64,000 bases of DNA from NCBI RefSeq assembly GCF_001194135.2, contig NC_068988.1, forward strand, positions 92,097,531-92,161,530, written 5' to 3'. The DNA comes from Octopus bimaculoides (lineage: Eukaryota). Position numbers and translations under genes: made by a program. The stretch's first letter is position 1, and each line of letters starts with the position of its first letter. This document shows, piece by piece, positions 53,243 to 64,000 of this stretch. The notes under the pieces are model-generated. The model was not told where the DNA came from. It searched no databases and saw only the letters and a program-made list of their open reading frames with translations.

Positions 53243-55799
53243 ATAATGAGGCTTCTTTCAGTTTCTATCTACCAAATCCGCTCACAAGGCTTTAGTCAGC
53301 CTGACGCTTTAGTAATCTTTATCATTTCTTACAAGTGTTTGTTAATTTCTTTATATTACTGTGTGTATTCATTATGGACTTTATTTCAGATATTCAAAAA
53401 ATCTGCTGAATGATTCTAAATTTCTGATGACTGCTGTACTTACACAAACCCTTAATTGTTGATTTCGAGAAAATGTAGATATTTTAGTGTAGATGTTGAT
53501 AGTTATAGAACATCTTTCATATTGTGAAATATTGCTGATAATTAACCAGTGATTTTAATTTTAATTAATGAAAAGTAAAATTGATAAATGTTGTCAATGT
53601 TGTTAGGTGAGAGTTGGTCAGTGAAGAAAATTGTTCTTAGAACTATATGGAAGGACAGAGGGACATGCATTTATAAAGGTGAAATCAGGTCATTGAGGTT
53701 ATTCGTTCAGGGATACAAATTCTTATTTGATACAAAAGCATGCCAACAAACATGGTCTGCCATTCATCATAAAATCACTGTAAACAATGATTTTCCAGCT
53801 GAATTTTGTTTATTATTATCTTCTTCAACATTACTATTGTTGTTGTTTTAATTTTGTTTTCTTCTCCCCATTCTTTGTTTCTTAGATTTATTTTTTCACA
53901 CTGGTCTTTGCTGTTGTGTTTAGTGACCGACAGTAATTTGAAATGATATCAAGTCAAACAGGAATTGTCAGTGCTCTATAGATTTAGTTTTATCATGTTT
54001 TTATATTGATTAACTGTCACATTTTGCCTCACACTATCAACATTTTAAAATCAAAAAATTGCTTCTGTATTTTACAGGGGATTTTGTTTTATTTCATTCT
54101 TCATGTATAGTAATTCACCCCTAATTTTTATGTCCACCTACATTTTTGTATGGTAGTGGTAGTGCATGTTGCTATAAACTTTGGCTTGTCTATTTTAACC
54201 CATTTAATTTCATACAGCAATCATTTCTTAAATTTGTGAAGAAAATAAATGACGAAAACTACCAATCAAACATAAGCAGTTTCAAAACCTAGTCTCTAAG
54301 TGTTCACAAAGTAGTAGATGGGGCATTGATTAAAAGGTGAAAAAGTAGTTTAGATCATTATGAATTGCTGTGATAAACTAACCACAGTTTAAATTATGAA
54401 GCAATGGAAAGTATGTTCAGATTTTGTTACTCTTTTATCATTCAAGTTATTCTGTATTAATTTGGAATAATCTTGCATTATCTTGTAGCTTTAAAACTTC
54501 AATGATGTTATCGCTTTTTCAGAGTGACTTTGTAGGGTAGGTGTGAGAGGCCAGATCTGGCTAGTTTCAACATCAAACAGGTAGATTATTTGAGCTGGAT
54601 ATGGCTAGTTTAATATTTAAGGGTTGATTACTCTGGAATGAAACACTGAAGTGAGGATTATTGATTGATATGTTTAATGTGTGTTTCAAGTCAAAATCTA
54701 TGGAGTTTAGTGTGAACAAGGAGCTCTGTAATCCACTCAGCTAGAGTTTACCTCTGTTTGTTATAGCATTATGAGGGTGAGAGATAAATCTCATGTTTTT
54801 TGTTTTTTTTTTGATAAACTACTCATCTATTTTTTCTGATGCTGACAGCTGTATATGATATCCCCCTGTGATGCCTACTAACCACTAAGTGTACTGCGCT
54901 TTTCAGAGTTAATACTGTTTTCTATAAATACATCAAACAATTGCTGACAAGATTTGAACTGATAACATCTTTGTTGAATAATTGGTGTGCTGTAATATAC
55001 ATTATCCATGTGTGTGTGTGTTTATTATATATATATAGAGAGAGAGAGACACACAGACAGACAGAGCAAATTGATGTATTAACATCAAAGAATAAATCCA
55101 TGGAAATTAAGAGCTCAGTTAATAAAAGGTCATTAAATTCCAGCATGTTATTACTTTCCAGTATATCCATGTAGGTCTGATTTGCATGTTTCTACATAAC
55201 ACAGTGTAACACAATTTTTGTCCCTTAGTAGTAACTATTATTTACTATTTGCTTACCCCTAGAAAGGATGAAAAATGGCTAACATTTCCTTCAAACCTTG
55301 CTTTTGTTACACTAATTCAAATCCTAAAGAATCCCTCAAGGAAACACAAGGCTATGATGCTCTTCCATTATTCCTGCTCATGATCAGGGATGCACATATT
55401 GTCAGTCACTAAGGGACATGCTCAAGTGGTTAAGGTCAAGTAACTGACAAGCAAATCTGTGGTATTGAGCTGAATATTTGCTATAACAATATTTTTAATT
55501 GAGCAGCTCTGCTGAATCTGTCTGAAATATAACTGAAAACAGGTCATTTTCAAAACATTGATATCCAGTTTGAATGGAATAGCAGTCATTTCCTTTGATT
55601 TCTAGGTGGAAACAAATAGGAAATAACACTTATTGACCAAAGACAAAATTTTGTTGCACAGTGTAATTGACTAAAATGATCTTTAAGAACAACATATTTA
55701 ATATAAAGTAGAAAAGCATGAATTTTATATATAGTTCATCAGTTAATTGTGCTCAATGGCTGTTTCAGTAAGATAAGAACCAACAAATGTCTTTTTGGC

Positions 55800-56345
55800 T
55801 TGGCTACATGAACAAAAATTAAGAGGGGCTGGTCCACATCTATAGGCTCACCTGTGGCTGACCAGACCTTCAATTTCAGTAGCTGCAGTTGAAGGTCTGG
55901 CCAGGATTTGATGACGAAGTCTTGTGGTTCTTCCTCCTACACCTTTTGTTCTTGAGAGTGGCCCTGTGAGTGTTTTCAAAGGAGGAGAGAGCATGGTTGA
56001 TAGTGAGACACCAGGCATCACAGTCTTCAGCTAGGGTGGACTACTGGTGATGGTTGATGTGACAAGCACCAAGAGATTTTTTAAAACAGTCCTTTAAATG
56101 AAGGCCCCCACCCCACCCAGCCCTGCATCACCCCCATAGAAAGGCTTCACTTAAAGGACTGTTTGGCAAAATTTGTCGCAATATCTCTGCTTGATGTCTT
56201 CTGTGAAAATGAAAATCTAATGGGCATGCACTACATGTCTGTACTCTAGGTATAACAGCCAAAAACTGGCATGGCCTACCACCACAAACATTTTCAAGCA
56301 TATACAAGAAGGATGGCATCATCTTTCACCTTAAGAAATTTGCCC
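55800..56345 (-). mobile_element. Degenerate RTE LINE 3' fragment
   Basis: HFK-DCFKKSLGAC...STLAEDCDAW...PGQTFNCSY relic of the C-terminal region. Confidence 0.65.
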
Positions 56346-56690
56346 ATGTGACGTTAGTTTTGGTGGGAAAAAATAAAGTTGGATACTTTTCGAGTGCACC
56401 TCATATATGTATGTGTGTGTAGGTGTGTGTGCGCACATGCATGTGTGTGTGTGTGTGTGTGTCTCCTTGTCTAGACATTATACTACTGTTATAAGCAAGT
56501 GTCACTGTATTACAAGCGGTTTCCTTCCTTTGCCATCTTTGAATACATGTACAGCTACTGGGAAATACTATCTTGCTTGGAAACATGTGAGCGCTGGCAA
56601 CAGGAAAGGCATCCAGCTGTAGATAATCTGCATCTCAATGAATTCCATCGAACATAGAAACTGATGTTAAAACAGTCTTGATGTTAGTGA

Positions 56691-56734
<44 letters not shown>

Positions 56735-56811
56735 GATAGACAGACAGACAGAATTTTTATATCATTTATAATTTATATTATTGAGGTGAATTTTCACAAA
56801 CATTACAAATA

Positions 56812-58096
56812 TTGGGTCATCCCATTGATAATGCAGTTTTTTATACATCTTTTATTTTTCAAAATTAAGATAAACAAAGTTCTTTTTTAATCTAAAATAT
56901 ACTCTCCTTCATTTTTTACAATGCTCTTCCATCTATCTGGTAGACTTGCAAGGCTCCTCCTCCAAAATTCATTTGTCCGTGATGAAAAGTACTTCCCCAG
57001 TACTGTTCTGAGCTCATCTACAGAATTCATATTTTTTCCATCCAAATGATTTTGAAGACTGTAGCATAAATGATAATCAGATATGGCAATGTCTGGCAAA
57101 TATGATGGGTGAGGCATCGTTTCCTATTCAAACTGATCCAGCCTTTGGAATGTCATCCTCACTGTATGTGGCTGAGTAATTATCCTGATGGAAGAACACC
57201 TTTTGTCTTGAAACCAAAGGTGGTCATTTTCCTTCTAACACTGACTTAAGCTGCTCAAGCTGCCCACAGTAGATCTCCTTTCTTATCGTTTGGTTTGGGT
57301 TTAAAAGTTCAAAGTGGGCTAAACCTTTCATATCCCACCAAATTGATAACAACACCTTATGTGGGTGAAGACATTCTTTAGCCTGGGGTGCTGGTGTTTC
57401 TCCTTTCCCTATCCACTGTCTTCAGCATTTTTATAGAGAACCCATTTCTTAGCACCAGTCCCTATTCGGTCAAAAAAAAAAAAAAGCTTCATTTGTGAGA
57501 TGTGACAGCAAAGAGCACACATTCATTCTCTGCACGCGATTAAACCTGGAAAGTTTGTTAGGACCCCATTGACCCAAATTACTGACTTTTCCAATGGCAT
57601 GCAGGTGTCGATGAATGGTTGAATAACCAAATCCAAGCTTCTCTGCTAGTTTCCCAACAGTTACGATGAGATTTTGCTCCATCAGCGTTTGCAGGACATC
57701 CTCATCAAGCTCTACAGATCTTCCAGGATGAGACTTGTCTTCTAGGCTGTAGTTTCTGGCTTGAAATTTCTGGAACCACCACTGACACTGGCTTAGGCTT
57801 ATTGTCTGATCCCTGTATACTGCATTAATATTCCTCACACTTTCCATTGCGTTGTTGCCTTCATTGAACTCATAAAACAAAATATACCAAATATGCTCCT
57901 TTATCACTTCCATTACAGCTTTGAAAAAAATAACTGTTAAAATCGAACTGCACTCTTCAAAACTTTCACTAAGAATAAGTACATGGTAAAACTACTACCT
58001 GCTTTTATAGCAAGTTGATGCAGGTAGTTAATCCTGCCCCCTCCAACTTCTAGTTCATGCAATTGAAAAAACTACATTATTTATGGGATGACCTAG
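56812..58096 (-). mobile_element. Full-length, dead mariner (D,D34D-type) transposon
   Basis: About 30-nt TIRs (ttgggtcatcccattgataatgcagttttt / aaaaactacattatttatgggatgacctag) with TA on both sides; 1285 bp. Transposase pieces at 57470-57913 (HTH, WGPNKL for WVPHEL) and 56887-57117 (HPSYLPDIAISDYHL for YSPDLAPSDY), broken by a polyA frameshift and stops. Confidence 0.92.
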
Positions 58097-58202
58097 TACT
58101 TGTACAGGTTAAAGATTTAATTATATATATATATTTTCTTTTACTCTTAAAAGGTTTCAGTCATTTGACTGTGGCCATGCTGAGGCAATTAACTTTTCTT
58201 TT

Positions 58203-59060
58203 TGAATATGCAGTTGAACGAAGAAAAATTTGAGCTGATCCACTTTGGAAAAAAGGACACACTCAAACAACCATATGCACTATCGTTGGGAGACCTACTT
58301 GAACCGTTGGATAATATCAGAGACTTAGGTGTAACTTTCGACAGCAACCTTAGCTGGAGTGTACACATCAACAAAAAAGTTGATGTTGCCCACAGAATGA
58401 ACTTATGGATCCTCAGAACTTTTCAATCTAGGGATCATGAAACCATCATTCTTCTCTTTTCCACATTTGTTAGGCTCCACCTCGAATGCTGCTGCCCATT
58501 GTGGTCCCCCAACAAAAGAAAAACATAATGAGGATCAAAGTGCCACAAAAATCAATCACTAAAATAATAAATGGCATGATGGGACTTGATTATTGGGCTT
58601 GACTTAAGCAGCTGAAACTCAATTCTCTGCAATGCCGCCGTGAGTGATACATTATTTGCACCATAAAATATTCCACTAATGTTATCCAAATGATATTGGT
58701 ATCATGTTTACAATTAACCCAAGACTAGGCCCCCATGCAATGTATCCCCTACAAAGGTCAAGATCACATCACATAAGAACATAGCGACACAGCTTCTTCA
58801 TTGCAAATGGTCCTGCTGTTTTCAATATTATCCCAAAAGAAATTAAAGCAGAAAAAGACCCCATGACTTTCAAACAGTATCTGGAAAAATTCCTCCAGGA
58901 AATACCGGATAAACCACCTACACCTGGATACATTTCAACCAACAGCAACTCTCTGCTTGAGTGGTTCATGGTGTCCCGAAATAATTAACTAAAAGACTTT
59001 TCCAGGTGGTGCTATTGAGTTAGTCATGGCCTGGACTGATAATGACCAAAACCAATCTAA
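58203..59060 (+). mobile_element. CR1/Jockey-type LINE 3' fragment
   Basis: NMQLNEEKFELIHFG, RDLGVTFDSNLSWSVHI and RLHLECCCPLWSP are RT C-terminal motifs. Confidence 0.85.
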
Positions 59061-59063
59061 GTT

Positions 59064-59132
<69 letters not shown>

Positions 59133-59445
59133 GCTTCTTTCAGTTTCTGTCTACCAAATCCACTCACAAGGCTTTGGTTGGCCCAAGGCTACAGTTGAAG
59201 ACACTTGCCTGAAGTGGCACACAGTGGGGCAGAACCCAGAATCATGTTGGGAAGCAAGCTTCTTACCACACAGCTATGCTTGCGCCTGTTATTAAATGTT
59301 ACTAATGTTATATTGGTAATATTTATAGTATTTAATTTTACAGAAACTAATACCAAGTATTGTGTAGCGTAATTTGTAATGCAGTCACCCGGCAACTTTT
59401 ATATACACACATTAGCTACACACACACACACACACATAGATATAG

Positions 59446-59612
59446 AGTGGTTGGCGTTAGGAAGGGCATCCAGCTGTAGAAACTCTGCCAAATTTAGATT
59501 GGAGCCTGGTGTTGCCATCCGGTTTCACCAGTCCTCAGTCAAATCGTCCAACCCATGCTAGCATGGAAAGCGGACGTTAAACGATGATGATGATAATGAT
59601 GATAATGATGAT
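59446..59612 (+). mobile_element. SINE family B / RTE 3' tail copy
   Basis: gtggttggcgttaggaagggcatccagc...ggacgttaaacgatgatg. Confidence 0.85.
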
Positions 59613-62600
59613 AATTGTTCAAGTTCTGTCAGAGTTCCTGTTGTCTTTTTTAGAGTAAAATTAATACTTATATCATCTTGTATAATTTTAAAATCTTATA
59701 GCAATTAACCCTTTCGTATTTAAACCAACCATATCTCTCCAAAACATTCTACTTGTTTTATGTTAAAACCAGCCAGATCCAGCCTCTCCTAACTATCCTA
59801 CAATGTCATTCTAAAAATCAACAATTACATTATCAATATCTTGAAGCTACGAGATAATACATGGTTAATTCAAAACAAAATGGGAATAAATAAGCATTGT
59901 ATTTGACAGATTAATCTGAATGCTAAAGGGTTAGAATCTTAAAATCTATTAAAATATTAACTGTTAATTTACATAAATTCATATATACATATATCTATCT
60001 TTCTATATCTATATCTATGTGTGTGTGTGTGTGTGTGTGTATTAATCAACGCTAACTATGATGTTAATGAGAGCATAATTGATTAAGAAAAATTATTCTT
60101 TTACTTAACTCACTTTACAACTACCTACTGGAACCACTGGTTTACTGTAGCACTCTCTATCTCAAAACCTCCCTGTCACTCTCTCACTCCTCTTTCTCTG
60201 TCTGCCTCTCTTTCTCTTTCTTTTTTTCCCTCTCTCTCTCTTTTCTGTCACTAACTGTACTAGCCTAATTTTTTTCTTATACCAACTTAATGTTAAATAA
60301 CGTTTGGTACCCTTCGTTATTTATCCTTGTAGTAGGAATGTTATGGAATTGCAACCACTTAAATGAAGTGCTAGTGGTGAATGAAGTTGATAGTGTGGCT
60401 TTAATGTGAACAAGTTAACATGTAAAAATACGCTAACAACATCATATTGGTGGTTGTTGGGGACAATTATATATTTAAGAGCAAATCCTGAATGGTGTGA
60501 CAAACTAAATTTAATATGGAATTGATGAAAATTGAAATTTTATATGATGTTGAAATATTTTTAGGCAATCTGTTATCCTGTTTTCAAAGGATTAACTAGA
60601 CATTTTTAATCTTATGGCCATTGTATTCACATAGGTGTAGGCTTGGCTGCCTGGTTAAGAAGTTTGCCTTTCAATTGTGCTGTATCAGCTTCAGTCCCAT
60701 TGCACAACAGCTTGGGCAAGTACTTACTATAGTCCACCATATACATAGCCCATCATATGCTCACGCACACGCACTCTCTCACACACACACACACATACAC
60801 ACACATGTATGTATACATTTATTTTTAAATTTCTGTTTGTCTTCCATCTTTTGGCAATTAGTGTTGGTTTGTTTGCATCTCCATAACTTAGCAATTCAGC
60901 AAGAATATAATGACAGAATAAATACTAGACTTAAAATAAATCCTGCTGTTGCTTTGCTCCTCTAAATTCTTCAAAGTGATACCCCAGCATGACCACAGTC
61001 CAATGACTGAAACAAGTTTTAAAAAAATAATAGAATATATTTCTAGGATCAATACAGTTTGTGACTGATACATTATCCAGAGGTCCAGATGTAGACAAAC
61101 TAGTTTGAACTAACTTTATAATAGATAATTATTTCTCCAGTTGATCGAATTTCCAAAGACTTCCATTCTTTTCTTGCCATATTTCTGTTAAGATATATTG
61201 CATTTGTTACAATTAATTTAAAATAATGAAGAATCTAGTAAAGTGACTTTGTCATTATTAAACTAGTGTCTGGAACATAAATTCACGTCAGAGGACTAAG
61301 GGTGGTCTCAAGGGAGATTAAGATCAAAAGACTAAATGGGATAAAAAAACTTTAACCTTCAGATTAACCCTTTTGTTGCCATATTTCTATTGAAATACAC
61401 AGCCTTTGTCTCAATTTTTAAAATATCAAAGAATTTTTAAAATAACTTTGTCATTATTAAGCTGCTAATTTGGAGTATAAATTAGCATGGAATTTTGATG
61501 GAAGGTTTTACTTTAGATCACTTGAATTTCATAGAACCATTAGCGATCTCAGTTAGGTTGGTATCAAAAGGGTTAAAGCTTGAGATACTTATATGAACAA
61601 TGCTGGGGTTGTTAGCTGCTCTTTTGTGTGAAGGAGAATTGTTCTGTGATTCTAAAACTAGCTTAGACTGACTTCATCTGTAAAATCTTGGAGATTAATT
61701 CCAGTCAAAGAAACTACATTATTAAATACAGTTTTCAGAAATATCTCTTCATAGTTCACTTTCATCTCAGTGTTTGTCTTTTATTTTTTCTTCTCTTTCT
61801 TTTCTTTTCTTCTTTTTTTTTTTTTTTCCTTAATTCCTCTGTTTTATTTCTGGGTTCAGACAAACTTTATTACTCCTCACCTCCTCCTTAAAAAATATAT
61901 GAGTTTAAGCTATCGGATTAACTAAATATAGCCAAGGATCATATCTGATATAAAGAAAACTTAATAAAAGGATATATATAGATATATATATATATATGAG
62001 CTTGAAATGAAGGTCAACTTTAGAGCCATCCAAGCAATTATATTTTACAAATATAGTTGAAAGATCAATAGATCAGTTCGGAAAAAGGGGGAAAAAAAAG
62101 ACTAACATTATTTCTTGAAATAGATGCAGAAATGGAGCAATTGTGCAAAGAAAACATTGTAATACAGAAAACATAATTCTATATAGACAGACATATAGGC
62201 AGGCTTATTGTTATGTGTAATATAGAGATTTGGATTAAAGATAAAACTAGTTGTGTTTTGTTATTTCATTACAAATGTAGCTTTAGAGATCTTACTATTT
62301 TCAGTTTTCTCTATGGTGAATTGGAATATTGCAGTATAGCTTTATTGCTAGATTGTAAGTTGTTAATTGTGGCCTCTATAGCTAGCTTAACATTTAACAA
62401 GCCCATGAAGGGGCCTCTATGAGGTTGCTCAAACTGCTAGAAATAGTTATTGAATTATCCTCAAATCATGCAGCACCATCTAAAAAAAGGATACATTGGA
62501 TTTTAAAGTCCCATGTATCCAGATCCCTAAAATATAGAATGGTCACAGCTGGAATACTGTCTTCCATCGTACTGACTTGGGGTTCAAATCCCCCTCTCCC

Positions 62601-62716
62601 TCAAAAAAAAAACCCAACTTATATCATCTCAGTTTCTACCTAAATATTCCACCCATTCAACTCTACTCCACAATTTCCATTCCATTTATACATGTGTGTG
62701 TGTGTGTGTGTGTATG

Positions 62717-62756
<40 letters not shown>

Positions 62757-62809
62757 TGTGTGTTTGTGTGTGCCTGTGTGTGTGTGTATCATCATCATCA
62801 TTTAATATT

Positions 62810-64000
62810 TGTCAATCATGCTGGCATGGGTTGGACAGTTTGAGCAGAGCCGGCAAGCTGTAGAGTTGCACCAGACTCCAGTCTGATTTGGCATGGTTTT
62901 CTACGGCTGGTTGCCATTCCAAATGTCAACCACTCTGAGAGTGTAATGGGTGCCATTTGTGTGACACCAGTATCTGCTATGACTGCAATTTTGCTTGGCT
63001 TGATGGGTCTTCTTCTCAAGCACAACATTATGCCAAAGGTCTTGGTTACTGCCTCCATGAAACCCAATACTCAAAAAAAACTCAGCCACTTTACCTCTGT
63101 GAGGCCCGATAGTCAGAAAATATTTTTTATGTGCCACCAGCACGGATGCACTTGGCTTGACAAGTCCTCTCAAACACAGTACATTGCTAAGGTCTCACTC
63201 ACCAATCATTGCCACTGTGAGGTAATGACTTCCTGGGTCTACCTCTACCACAGGTTCCCTCCACAGTTAGAGATCTTTACACAACTGTCCTCGTCCATAC
63301 GCATCACATGACCATACCAGCACAATCATCTCTCTTGTACACCACATCTGATGCCTCTTAGGCCTAACTTTTCTCTCAAGGTACTTACACTGTTGAACAT
63401 GCACGCTGACATTGCACATCCAGCAAAGCATGTCTTCAGCTGTTTGCACACAGGCATCATACAATTTGCCTTTTACTCTGAGGAGAGGCCCTTTGTTACC
63501 AGCAGGGGTAGGAGCTTTCTGAACTTTGCCCAGCCTAATCTCATTCTCACAGTTACGCTCTCGGAGCATCCACCTCCACTACTAACTTGGTCACCTAGAT
63601 AATAGAAGCTATATACTACCTCTAGCTTGCCCCCCTTGCAGTAGATGAAGTCTATTTTCTGCACATTTTCAGCATTTATTGTACCTGTGCACCTTCCACA
63701 TACAAAAGTTAGTTTCCCTATTAACCTTCCCCTGATGTTGCTGCACCTTTTATGTGTCCAAAGCTTACACTGGATGCATCTTATGAAATTTCTACTTACA
63801 CCTTTTCTACAGTGTCTGGCTTCCTACTTACTATGACTTTAGTTTTTGCTAGGTTAACTGTAAGGCCCTTTGATTCTAGACTTTGCTTCATACCTGGAAC
63901 TTCTCTAGTTCAAGTAGTGATTCAGCTATTAGAGCAAGGTCATCAGCATAGAGGAGCTCCCAGGGGCAGCCTGTCTTGAATTCCTCTGTTATTGCCTGGA
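62810..64000 (-). mobile_element. RTE LINE 3' ORF and 3' UTR, extends beyond the right edge
   Basis: VVYSFYYLGDQVSSGGGCSESVTVRMRLGWAKFRKLLPLL plus a tail matching family B. Confidence 0.88.

Noticed and set aside
59613-59710. CSSSVRVPVVFFRVKL resembling ATG10 YSCSYQVPVLYFR
   Set aside because: It directly follows a SINE (GAT)n tail, has no acceptor, lacks YEYH and hits a stop; judged coincidental.
18-64000. Dozens of ORF-track entries rich in YI/CV/HT repeats or X runs
   Set aside because: They are translations of (TA)n, (TG)n and (CA)n microsatellites and N gaps, not proteins.
16028-64000. RPS23, the next neighbour of ATG10 in human
   Set aside because: No RPS23-like peptide seen on either strand; it may lie outside the window or be unlinked.

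Overview
Eukaryotic, AT-rich, gap-containing draft genomic DNA. The SINE, RTE and microsatellite landscape looks like an octopus (coleoid cephalopod) genome; this is an inference, not a database match. Two genes are supported. (1) The first four coding exons of an Ssdp/SSBP2-3-4 orthologue lie on the minus strand (13784-13729, 8755-8683, 5835-5774, 492-408). They splice in frame to a 92-aa LUFS/LisH N-terminus and the gene continues off the left edge. (2) The first coding exon of ATG10 lies on the plus strand (15923-16027), head-to-head with Ssdp and about 2.1 kb away. Human SSBP2 and ATG10 are also divergent neighbours, so this appears to be an ancient conserved microsynteny, and it is the most notable finding. 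I could not identify any further ATG10 exon between 16 and 64 kb. That stretch is mostly SINEs, RTE/CR1 LINE relics, mariner/Tc1 relics, TTAA-flanked MITEs and microsatellites. It also holds a CpG-retaining island at about 34.7-37.6 kb with antisense splice signals and an orphan ORF. Smaller observations include a hammerhead-ribozyme-like motif, a fold-back mariner, twin minimal uORFs and an orientation-biased hairpin-bearing repeat concentrated in Ssdp introns. Exon coordinates were worked out base by base; repeat boundaries are approximate. Homology calls are from memory of the protein families, and no searches were run.
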